NCBI GenBank assembly: GCA_016744065.1
Contig: JADGFA010000010.1
Location: 21,146 to 85,145 of the forward strand
Direction of reading: 5' to 3'
Origin: Gammaproteobacteria bacterium
GTDB lineage: Bacteria > Pseudomonadota > Gammaproteobacteria > SZUA-229
Length of the DNA stretch: 64,000 nucleotides
Shown: positions 10,433 through 19,415 of the stretch, one piece after another
Layout of the letters: each line of letters starts with the position of its first letter
Position numbering within the stretch: position 1 is the first letter of the stretch
Notes under the pieces: model-generated
Database searches by the model: none
What the model was told of the DNA's origin: nothing
What the model saw: only the letters and a program-made list of their open reading frames with translations
Made by a program: the position numbers and the translations under genes

Positions 10433-10448
10433 TGGCATATTCATTGCT
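10433..10448 (+). promoter_or_regulatory. Candidate sigma-54 (RpoN) -24/-12 promoter TGGCAT-N5-TTGCT
   Basis: Sequence aaaagTGGCATattcaTTGCTgac has GG and GC spaced exactly as in the TGGCAC-N5-TTGCW consensus. It lies 45 bp upstream of the ATG at 10494. The operon it would drive ends with an NtrC-family sigma-54 activator gene. Confidence 0.5.
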
Positions 10449-10493
10449 GACAATATATAAAACCTGAATTTTTTTTCAACTTAAGGATATTGT

Positions 10494-10880
10494 ATGTTTT
10501 TCAATACACCCAGGGTACTGATCATTGATGATGATGCGAGCCTACGACGACAAATAAAATTTCGTCTTGAAAAACATGAGGGTTTAACTGTTGTTGAAGC
10601 AAAAAATGGTGAAAGTGGTCTTGTATCTGCTGATGTCGAGAATCCTGATCTCATTATTCTTGACTGGGTGATGCCAGACATACAGGGACCAGAAGTGCTT
10701 GATCAACTCAAATTGAAAAGCAATACGCAAAATATACCTATTATTATGCTCACAGGCAAAAATAAAATAGGCAATATTGAAGATGCCTTTAATCTTGGTG
10801 CTGATGCTTATCTAACCAAACCATTTTCATTGCAAAAACTGGGGGAAAAGGTACACCAGCTATTAACCTCAAAAAATTAA
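10494..10880 (+). CDS. Single-domain response regulator (CheY-like receiver)
   Basis: 128 aa. VLIIDDDASLRR...ILDWVMPDIQG...TKPF receiver motifs. First gene of a co-directional RR-SBP-HK-NtrC operon. Confidence 0.8.
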   Translation: MFFNTPRVLIIDDDASLRRQIKFRLEKHEGLTVVEAKNGESGLVSADVENPDLIILDWVMPDIQGPEVLDQLKLKSNTQNIPIIMLTGKNKIGNIEDAFNLGADAYLTKPFSLQKLGEKVHQLLTSKN

Positions 10881-10947
10881 GCTAGAAAATAAATAAAACT
10901 TAAACACCAGGTTTGAAGCAAACTGATTCAAACAAGGAGATTACGAT

Positions 10948-11814
10948 ATGAAATTAATTATTACCTCATTACTACTATTCAGCCTTATGACGACAGCAGC
11001 CCAGTCTGAAATAAAGTTAAAATTTGGTGTATATACATCCGATAAACCCACAACAATGGTCAAGATGTTCCGTCCTTTGCTCGACACACTCGAAAATAAC
11101 TTAAGTATAAAACTGAAGCAACCTGTAAGTATCAGCCTCCAGGTGGCTAGAACCTATGATCAGGGGATAGAAGATCTTGTTAAGGGTAATGTTGATTTTG
11201 CTCGTATGGGCCCAGCATCTTATATTACCAGCAAAAAATTAAACCCTGATTTAAAATTACTTGCTATGGAAAGTAAAAAGGGTAGAAAAATATTTTATGG
11301 CATTATTTGTGTTCAGGAAAACAGTCCCTTCCAGTCAATCAAGGAATTAAAAGGGCATTCCTTTGCATTTGGCAATCAACGCTCTACCATTGGTCGATAC
11401 CTCTCTCAGCACCTGCTATCAACTGAAGGCGTTCATGCAAACAACCTGAGCAATTATAAATACCTTAAAAGACATGACAGGGTCGGCTATGCTGTGGGTA
11501 CAGGCCAGTTTGATGCGGGCGCCCTGAAAGAAGGAACATTCAAAAAGCTCGTAAAAAAAGGCGTAAAAATCCGTGAACTTACACGTTTTCCAAATGTAAC
11601 CAAGCCCTGGATCGCAAGCTCTAAAATGAGCCACGAGAATATGTTGGCACTAAAGGGGGCGCTACTTTCTATAACTGATAAAAATGCTCTGAAACCATTA
11701 AAGAAGCAGGGCTTTCTAAGCGCACAGGACAGTGACTATGCTGTCATTCGAAAATCAATGTTAAATAACAATGATTTTTTCAAACCAGATGAGACATTAA
11801 GTAATAACAGATAA
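10948..11814 (+). CDS. Periplasmic substrate-binding protein, PhnD/SsuA-like (phosphonate-type ABC SBP fold), probable co-sensor for the adjacent kinase
   Basis: 288 aa with signal peptide (MKLIITSLLLFSLMTTAAQS). FGVYTSDKP...DFARMGPASY resembles PhnD-family SBPs. No ABC permease or ATPase genes nearby; the next gene is a histidine kinase starting 9 bp downstream. Confidence 0.6.
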   Translation: MKLIITSLLLFSLMTTAAQSEIKLKFGVYTSDKPTTMVKMFRPLLDTLENNLSIKLKQPVSISLQVARTYDQGIEDLVKGNVDFARMGPASYITSKKLNPDLKLLAMESKKGRKIFYGIICVQENSPFQSIKELKGHSFAFGNQRSTIGRYLSQHLLSTEGVHANNLSNYKYLKRHDRVGYAVGTGQFDAGALKEGTFKKLVKKGVKIRELTRFPNVTKPWIASSKMSHENMLALKGALLSITDKNALKPLKKQGFLSAQDSDYAVIRKSMLNNNDFFKPDETLSNNR

Positions 11815-11822
11815 TATTTCAT

Positions 11823-14162
11823 ATGCGTAAATCAAAAAAAATATTGCACTCACGATGGCCTCTTTTACTACAGGTAACATTATCATTATCTGTAGTATTA
11901 ATTTTAGTAAGCCTGTTAACTGCCTACCTGACTTTTCACATCGTGAGTGATTTTGAATTTAACCGTGCAAAAGAAAAAAACATTAGCTCTCTTTCATTAT
12001 TATCAGCCACAGCAATTGATGCTGTAATCACCGAAGACATACCATTACTCAACACTATAGCAACACAAACATTAAAGCAGTCCCCGCAAATACATAGCCT
12101 TATTATAGAAAATGAGCAGGGAAAAAGAATGGTTCAACAAAGCCAGAATGATATTACACCTGATAACATGCTGCGCACTTATAGTCATAGTATTATTTTT
12201 GAAAATGAAAATTTTGGTTCCATTATTATGCAAATGGACATAAGGCCTATAAAAAAACAGATTAATAACCAGGTAACCCGTGTACAGATTTTTGTTATAT
12301 CTATTCTTTTAACGCTAACAGCGCTTATTGTAATATTGATCCACTGGCTAACTATTCGGCCTATTCGCATTATTATTCGTTACCTTAATTCTATATCTGA
12401 AAGCCAGCAACAATTACCGTTACGACTCTCTATATCCGCCAGTCGTGAACTGGAACTACTGGCCTCATCAGCCAGCGAACTATCAGAGATGATGTTACAA
12501 CGTTATCAACGTGAAAAAGAATTATTACAGACACGTGAAGAATTAATCGAAGCACACAATGAGGCCTTAAGTGCGAGTCGAGCAAAATCTGGATTTTTAG
12601 CGGCTATGAGCCATGAAATTCGCACACCCATGAATGCCGTACTGGGTATACTTGGATTACTCAGAGACACTGCTCTGGATAAACACCAGAAGCAATTGGT
12701 ACGCACAGGACGTGACTCAGGTGAATTACTGTTAACCATTATCAATGACATTCTTGATTTCTCAAAAATGGAGGCCGATAAATTACAACTGGAACAAAGT
12801 GGCTTTGACCTGCACCGCCTACTGACACATAGCGCTGAATTACTCCGACATCAGGCTGACCGAAAAGGCCTGGCGCTCATTCTACGCCTTGAACCTGTAC
12901 CCGACCTGCCGCGTTATGTTAAAGGTGACCCGGATAGACTCCGCCAGATATTAATTAACCTGATTAACAATGCAATTAAGTTTACCCCAAATGGCACTAT
13001 TACAATCAGCGCTTCAGCCACTACACTTAATTATGACAAACTAACCGCTAATGAAGAAACCTTTATTCTTAGTTGTTCCGTACAGGATACGGGGATTGGC
13101 ATCCCCGAAGACCTTCAGTATTCCCTGTTTGAAGAATTTACAATGGCAGATCAGAGCCATTCAAGAAACCATGAAGGCACTGGCCTCGGACTTGCCATAT
13201 GTAAACGTCTTGTTACATTAATGGATGGCAATATAGAGTGTTGTAGCGAACTTGGAAAAGGCAGTAATTTTGTTTTTGCTATCGAGCTTAAAACAGCCAC
13301 TGAGGAAGAATGCAGCGACCGATTTTCCATAGACGAACCACAATTAATTCCCGACAGTAATACGCGTATCCTGCTCGCTGAAGACAATCCGGCTAACCAG
13401 ATGGTGATTAAAAATATCCTTGAATATGCGGGCCTGCAAGTTGATATAGTCGCTAATGGCCGTGAAGCCGTTGAGGCCATTCGTAGCCTGCCCTATGACA
13501 TTATACTAATGGATATTTCCATGCCTGAAATGGATGGTATGACGGCTACCCGTGAAATACGCAAACTTCCCGGTGAAAAAGGTAAGCTGGCAATTGTTGC
13601 CCTGACCGCCCATGCTTTATCTGGTGATCGAGAACGCTTTATTCAGGCAGGTATGGATGATTACCTGAGCAAACCCATTGATAAAAAAGCAACCCTGCAC
13701 TGTATTGCTAGCTGGACAAATAAAAAAATTAATAAAAACCCTGAAATGACGGCTCCCATAAATCAAAATGAAGCACCTGCTAGCGATATTAGCAAAGATG
13801 AGCAGTACGAATATGTAGATGAACAGGTACTACAACAGCTTATACACGACACTGATGCAGAAATTGTGCCTGAGCTATTAACACTCTACATTGTTGATGC
13901 AAAAAAACGCAGTCAATTAATAAAACGGGCCTTTGAAGAAAAAGATATAAGAACCCTGGAATTTGAATCACATACACTGGGTAGTAGTGCAGCAGCACAT
14001 GGAAATGAAAAGTTACACCGGCAATCACGAGCTATTGAACACCTCTGTCAGGAAGGAAATCATCAGCAAGCTCTACAACAAACTGCTACATTACTTAGTA
14101 TTGCAGATGAATCTTTTCGCCTACTGACACTTCGTGTTAACAAAGGATTTAATAATGAGTGA
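11823..14162 (+). CDS. Hybrid sensor histidine kinase (2 TM, short periplasmic loop, HisKA, HATPase, REC, Hpt)
   Basis: 779 aa. H-box SHEIRTPMNAVLGILGLL; N/G boxes ...NNAIKFT, DTGIGIP, GTGLGLAICKRL. Receiver domain ILLAEDNPANQ...DISMPEMDG...KPI. C-terminal Hpt-like segment (ESHTLGSSAAAHG). Confidence 0.85.
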   Translation: MRKSKKILHSRWPLLLQVTLSLSVVLILVSLLTAYLTFHIVSDFEFNRAKEKNISSLSLLSATAIDAVITEDIPLLNTIATQTLKQSPQIHSLIIENEQGKRMVQQSQNDITPDNMLRTYSHSIIFENENFGSIIMQMDIRPIKKQINNQVTRVQIFVISILLTLTALIVILIHWLTIRPIRIIIRYLNSISESQQQLPLRLSISASRELELLASSASELSEMMLQRYQREKELLQTREELIEAHNEALSASRAKSGFLAAMSHEIRTPMNAVLGILGLLRDTALDKHQKQLVRTGRDSGELLLTIINDILDFSKMEADKLQLEQSGFDLHRLLTHSAELLRHQADRKGLALILRLEPVPDLPRYVKGDPDRLRQILINLINNAIKFTPNGTITISASATTLNYDKLTANEETFILSCSVQDTGIGIPEDLQYSLFEEFTMADQSHSRNHEGTGLGLAICKRLVTLMDGNIECCSELGKGSNFVFAIELKTATEEECSDRFSIDEPQLIPDSNTRILLAEDNPANQMVIKNILEYAGLQVDIVANGREAVEAIRSLPYDIILMDISMPEMDGMTATREIRKLPGEKGKLAIVALTAHALSGDRERFIQAGMDDYLSKPIDKKATLHCIASWTNKKINKNPEMTAPINQNEAPASDISKDEQYEYVDEQVLQQLIHDTDAEIVPELLTLYIVDAKKRSQLIKRAFEEKDIRTLEFESHTLGSSAAAHGNEKLHRQSRAIEHLCQEGNHQQALQQTATLLSIADESFRLLTLRVNKGFNNE

Positions 14163-15582
14163 TAAACCCAGCGTACTTCTCGTTGAAGATGCCGCACCTC
14201 AGGCACTGCTTTATCAACAATACCTCAAAGATGAATTAATCGATCTTGAACACGTGGACACAGGTGAAAAAGCAAAACAGTTCATTGCCTCAAACCCGCC
14301 TGAACTCATTTTACTTGATCTTAAACTACCTGATATGGATGGACAGGATATATTACACTGGATAAAAAAAGAGAAATTTCCCTGCTCTATAATTATTATC
14401 ACCGGCAACAGTTCAGTTGATATCGCAGTAGAAGTAATGCAAATAGGAGCAAATGACTTTTTAGAAAAACCTTTCAGCGCTAACCGCTTAAGAACAACAA
14501 TAAAAAATCAACTTAATCAAACACGACTACGCCACCTGGTCGATGACTACCAGGTAACATTTAAACGTAAAAGCTACCATGGCTTTATCGGTTCCTGCCT
14601 GCCCATGCAGGCTGTTTATCGAATTATCGATGCTGCTGCCACCAGTAAAGCAACCGTTTTCATAACCGGCGAAAGCGGAACAGGAAAAGAGGTATGTGCA
14701 GAAGCGATTCACAGACAGGGGCCTCGTTCAGATAAAAAATTCATTGCACTAAACTGCGGCGCAATCCCCCATGACCTAATGGAAAGCGAAATATTTGGAC
14801 ATGTCAAAGGTGCATTTACCGGGGCTTCCAGTGAACGAAAAGGCGCTGCAACATTAGCTGATGGCGGCACTTTATTTCTTGATGAAATAGGTGAGATGGA
14901 TATGGAATTGCAGACAAAGCTATTAAGATTCATTCAATCCAGTAGTTTTCAGAAAGTAGGTGGTAATAAACAGGAAAGTGTCGACATCCGTTTCATCTGC
15001 GCCACAAACCGTGATCCTTTAGAAGCGGTAACAACGGGTAAACTTAGAGAAGATTTATATTATCGTTTGCATGTCGTACCACTACACCTACCTCCCTTAA
15101 GAGAGCGCGGTAATGATATAATGGAAATCGCCCAACAATTTCTCATTACGTATGCAAAAGAAGAAAACAGATTATTCAGCGGATTTACCAACGAAGCAGA
15201 AAGCACCTTAAACAATTATAACTGGCCTGGAAATGTACGTCAGTTACAAAATGTCATTCGAAATATCACTGTATTACACAACGATAAGCGTGTTACGCAG
15301 GCCCACCTTCCCCCGCCACTTAATAACTCACAAAACATACCTGAAGCACCACCACAATCTCCGACAACACAGCCCTCAACAGAGCAAGCCGAGATAGAAA
15401 TGATAGAACAACCCACTATACCTGCGCCGGATCAGGAAAAACAGACAATAAGACCACTAGCAGATGTAGAGCGTGAAACCATAGAACGAGCCATTACTCT
15501 CTGTGACGGTAACATTCCTAAAGCAGCAGCTCTGTTAGATGTTAGCCCATCGACCATTTATCGAAAAAAACAGGGCTGGTAA
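14155..15582 (+). CDS. Sigma-54-dependent response regulator, NtrC family (REC, AAA+ sigma54-interaction, Fis-type HTH)
   Basis: Start chosen at ATG 14155 ([13 protein letters not shown]), which overlaps the upstream kinase stop (ATGAGTGA). Walker A GESGTGKE; ESELFGH and GAFTGA motif; C-terminal HTH ([15 protein letters not shown]). Confidence 0.85.
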   Translation: MSDKPSVLLVEDAAPQALLYQQYLKDELIDLEHVDTGEKAKQFIASNPPELILLDLKLPDMDGQDILHWIKKEKFPCSIIIITGNSSVDIAVEVMQIGANDFLEKPFSANRLRTTIKNQLNQTRLRHLVDDYQVTFKRKSYHGFIGSCLPMQAVYRIIDAAATSKATVFITGESGTGKEVCAEAIHRQGPRSDKKFIALNCGAIPHDLMESEIFGHVKGAFTGASSERKGAATLADGGTLFLDEIGEMDMELQTKLLRFIQSSSFQKVGGNKQESVDIRFICATNRDPLEAVTTGKLREDLYYRLHVVPLHLPPLRERGNDIMEIAQQFLITYAKEENRLFSGFTNEAESTLNNYNWPGNVRQLQNVIRNITVLHNDKRVTQAHLPPPLNNSQNIPEAPPQSPTTQPSTEQAEIEMIEQPTIPAPDQEKQTIRPLADVERETIERAITLCDGNIPKAAALLDVSPSTIYRKKQGW

Positions 15583-15874
15583 CCTGACTTATCTATAAAC
15601 AACATAATTATTTCAATAATATATATACGAACCCTGATCCATAATAAACCAATAAAATAAAACTCTGACAATAAATTCTAACAGCACTTAAAATCAGACA
15701 TTGGTCATATTACTCTTGAAATTAGTTATTCTTTTACATACTATTCATACACCATTCCAACATGTCTATCCGTGGAAAAACCGTTAAATTACATGTTCGG
15801 AAAACGAATAAGCATACACTTATTCACATCGGTGAAAATATAATTTAACAAAATGATGAAAAAGGATATGTTGC

Positions 15875-18800
15875 ATGAGTGACAATAAAGCTACAGGGCA
15901 GTTTCCATTCCCAGGCGCTGCCGTTATATTACTCGCCCTCGGAGTATTCATATATACAGAAAATCCTTTTCAAACAACTCGTCCTGATGTTTCAAATAAC
16001 TTAACAACAAACACTGAAAGCGTACGCGCCAGATTATGGCAAGATCCATTTGAAGCAGTTCAACTGCATAAAGATATAAATCACAGTAACAATTCAGAAA
16101 ATATTAATAATGAAAATCACAATCATACAGAATGCTACATTGTTAATAATGAAATCATAAAAAACAAAGACAAGATAAATATTACAGCTATTAAAGAAGA
16201 CAAAAACACCTCTTTAATTACATCAACCCATGATTTCAATGACTTACACTGCAATATATTACAGAACATTAAATCAGAAACACAAAGTAATAAAAAGCAC
16301 TATGACTTACATGTAATTGCGGTCATGGTCACTGGTGGCCCTTACGCTGAAGATAAAGAACTTCGCATCAGGAGTCGCTATGCACTCACAACAGGTATCA
16401 TGAGTACTGGGTACAACCCTGTTGATTCTGAACATATAGGCTATATCGACTTTTCAAAACCGTGCATAAAACCCAACCTGTCAAACGCTTCCTCCAGACA
16501 CTCCAGCTATTGCGACTGGCCTGCCGTTATACCCTACGAGTACTTTAACCTTTCAAGCACAGGGGAAAACTGGAGTGACTCCCGTTTTTCTAAAAATATT
16601 CTAGTACTATGGTTAGATGATGAAATAATATCAAAAAACAAACCATTAGACATGTTATCAAAAATACAAGACTCTCTAACACAGAACATGAACAACAACA
16701 AACTGCTAATAACTAACAACAATACAGTTAAAAACAAAGAAAACATATCCTTAAAATTTGATGTTATTGGCCCCGCCAGCTCAACAACACTGGTAAAAAT
16801 GTACAAAAACTTAAACCAGAAATGCAATAAAATGAATGATAATTGTTCACCTGTAAAAGAGAAATACGGTGACCAGAATAAAATAAGAATATTTTCCCCC
16901 AGAGCCACATTAGACAACAAAGCAATAACACGAATAATCAACAAAAGCACATTAAGCGACAATAATGAATATAGCAATCTGAACTTTCCAGGCTTTCATC
17001 GCACAATTTCAACAGACTCACTTCTTGTAGACAGCTTACTTTGTGAAATGCTCAGAAGAGGTGTTAATCCATTCCATAAAAAAGAGTATGTTACCAATGA
17101 AAATCAAAAAATAAGTCGTATTGGTAACACCGAATGCACAGACTATTCACTATCTAAACTTAACACAAACAATAAAAATGATTATATTGCCCTGATTGGA
17201 GAGTGGGACACAACCTACTCAAGAAACTTCGAAAGATTATTCAGGGAAAAAATAATACATCAAATATGCCAAAAAAAGCCCGAAACTAACCAGCAGGCAT
17301 GTAAAGATGAGTTAAACCATAAAACAAAAAAGAGCAAACTGACAGAAAATTTTGACTGGTTATATAGCTTTAACTATTTACGCGGGCTGGATGGAGAAAT
17401 TTCAAAAAATAATGGAAATTTTATTTCATCAAAAAATAATTATGAAAAAGATAAAGATAAAAAAACATTAAGAAGATCTGCCGGCGCCAACCAGTTTGAT
17501 TACTTAAGGAGACTGGCCAAACAGATAAAAAAACTATCTGAGTCAAAAAACAACATAGGAACAGTTAGAGCAATAGGTATAGTTGGTAGCGATACATATG
17601 ATAAATTATTAATTCTTCAGGCATTAAGAGCCCATTTCCCTGATGTATTATTTTTTACAACTGATCTCGACGCAAGAATGCTCCATCAATCAGAAAACGA
17701 ATTCACAAGAAACCTTATTGTTGCATCTGCTTTTGGATTAACACCTGATCCGAAAAGCAGTGGTTACATATACCACGGCCTTGCATTTAGAGACAGCTAC
17801 CAAACATCTCTGTACAATACAGTACAAAAAACAGTCAACAACAATACTAATAAAAGCACATCCTCTTTTGACCTTATTTCACCTGTAAAAATATTTGAAA
17901 TTGGTAATAAATCCGCTATTGATTACACCCATAACAACAACCCAGATAGTCACAATAAAAATATAAAACCACTGTATATATTTTTATCAGTTAGTCTGAT
18001 TATACTGCTTCTCTTACAGTCTAATAATGCAGCTAGAATATATATTTTTACTATCTCTATAATCACATACTCAGTTCTATATTGGGCAAGCCTGTATAAC
18101 TTACCTGGTAATACAGAATTTCACTTCATGCTATCAGGAACCAGTGTGTGGCCTGCTTACATAATAAGAATGACGGCAGCTATAAGCGCCATAGTATCTA
18201 TTATTTATACAATAATCGCACTAAAAATAAATGCATTTAATATTATCGAAAAAAATAAATTGTCAGATGAGATACGTATTACACCAAAAAAATATTTTAT
18301 AAAAAAAATAAAAGAAACAGGAAATAATCATATAAAAAAATACTTATCGACTATTCTGTATTATTTTAAATGGCATTTAACCTGTGATTGTTACAATAAA
18401 AAAACGATAGAGAATAGAAAACTTAAAAAGCCGTGCTTCATTGCGCATATTCTAATTACCACCTGGGGCTGGAAAGACAGTAAATTTGATAAAATAAACC
18501 TGGATAATATATTTTATCAATATATATACCTGTCTAAGCCTCTATCGCGCCTGTCAAGAGTTACAGTAATATCAATTTTATACCTTATAATTTCAATGGG
18601 AATATTAAGCTCTTTTCCCAATATGCCAGTAACACCTTTTGTAGGAAAAATCAGTGCCGATGCCAGCTCTACAATATTATTTTCTTTATTAATACCCTAT
18701 GTTTTTCTGATTTTTTTAGTCTCTGATGTCACTCGGTTAAATTTACGCTTTGTAGAATTACTGTCTAAATATAATGTTATATGGCCTGATAGTATATTAA

Positions 18801-19327
18801 ATGCATATTGTGATAAATATGGGCTTAGTAAAAAAATAGCCATTGAAAAACTAAAACTTGATATTATTGTAAAAAGATCAAAAATTGTTGATAAATTAAT
18901 ATTTTTGCCTTTTATAATTCTCACCCTGATGATACTTTCAAGAAGCAATTACTTTGACAGGTGGGACATGCCACCTCAATTAGCTTTTATTATTTTACTA
19001 GGTGCATGTGTTGCACTTAGCAGCGCTATCAGACTTAGACGATCTGCTAGAAAAGCACGCTTTTATGCTTTAAAAAACCTTAATAAAATCTATAAAAATA
19101 TGATATATACTGAAACCAAACCTAAAAGCGATAAAGATATTCATGGCACCGATTACAGCTTAAAACTACCAGAACGCTTAAAATTAATAATAAGTGACAT
19201 TGAAAACATTTCAACTGGTCCTTTTGCTCCTATCACTAAACACCCTATAATTTCTGCGGTCGCCTTACCATTTGGTGGAGTTGGTAGCCTTTATATCATT
19301 GAATATTTATCTAAAATAAATTTATAA
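15875..19327 (+). CDS. Large Asn/Lys-rich membrane protein: N-terminal signal anchor, periplasmic type-I PBP (ANF-receptor/Venus-flytrap-like) domain, 7-8 C-terminal TM helices; function unknown
   Basis: 1150-aa ORF in a very AT-rich segment. N-terminal hydrophobic segment AAVILLALGVFIY. Motifs HVIAVMVTGGPY, FDVIGPASSTTLVKM, YIALIGEWDTTYS and RAIGIVGSDTYDKLLILQALRAHFPDVLFFTTD resemble type-I periplasmic-binding-protein beta-strand/helix signatures (the VIGPxSS hallmark). After ~aa 690 there are at least seven strongly hydrophobic helices. No kinase, GGDEF or other output domain recognisable. Confidence 0.5.
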   Translation: MSDNKATGQFPFPGAAVILLALGVFIYTENPFQTTRPDVSNNLTTNTESVRARLWQDPFEAVQLHKDINHSNNSENINNENHNHTECYIVNNEIIKNKDKINITAIKEDKNTSLITSTHDFNDLHCNILQNIKSETQSNKKHYDLHVIAVMVTGGPYAEDKELRIRSRYALTTGIMSTGYNPVDSEHIGYIDFSKPCIKPNLSNASSRHSSYCDWPAVIPYEYFNLSSTGENWSDSRFSKNILVLWLDDEIISKNKPLDMLSKIQDSLTQNMNNNKLLITNNNTVKNKENISLKFDVIGPASSTTLVKMYKNLNQKCNKMNDNCSPVKEKYGDQNKIRIFSPRATLDNKAITRIINKSTLSDNNEYSNLNFPGFHRTISTDSLLVDSLLCEMLRRGVNPFHKKEYVTNENQKISRIGNTECTDYSLSKLNTNNKNDYIALIGEWDTTYSRNFERLFREKIIHQICQKKPETNQQACKDELNHKTKKSKLTENFDWLYSFNYLRGLDGEISKNNGNFISSKNNYEKDKDKKTLRRSAGANQFDYLRRLAKQIKKLSESKNNIGTVRAIGIVGSDTYDKLLILQALRAHFPDVLFFTTDLDARMLHQSENEFTRNLIVASAFGLTPDPKSSGYIYHGLAFRDSYQTSLYNTVQKTVNNNTNKSTSSFDLISPVKIFEIGNKSAIDYTHNNNPDSHNKNIKPLYIFLSVSLIILLLLQSNNAARIYIFTISIITYSVLYWASLYNLPGNTEFHFMLSGTSVWPAYIIRMTAAISAIVSIIYTIIALKINAFNIIEKNKLSDEIRITPKKYFIKKIKETGNNHIKKYLSTILYYFKWHLTCDCYNKKTIENRKLKKPCFIAHILITTWGWKDSKFDKINLDNIFYQYIYLSKPLSRLSRVTVISILYLIISMGILSSFPNMPVTPFVGKISADASSTILFSLLIPYVFLIFLVSDVTRLNLRFVELLSKYNVIWPDSILNAYCDKYGLSKKIAIEKLKLDIIVKRSKIVDKLIFLPFIILTLMILSRSNYFDRWDMPPQLAFIILLGACVALSSAIRLRRSARKARFYALKNLNKIYKNMIYTETKPKSDKDIHGTDYSLKLPERLKLIISDIENISTGPFAPITKHPIISAVALPFGGVGSLYIIEYLSKINL

Positions 19328-19415
19328 TAACAATTAAAAAGACAGTGTCACGCTATCTTTTTTCTTACCTGAACACCCCTTCCCTTGCTGAGCCAACCTT
19401 ATCCAGTGCACAGCC

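Noticed and set aside
15583-15874. Sigma-54 promoter expected upstream of the giant membrane-protein gene (target of the adjacent NtrC-type activator)
   Set aside because: Scanning found only TGG...TTG strings with wrong spacing (for example TGGTCA-N11-TTG). No -24/-12 element with correct geometry.
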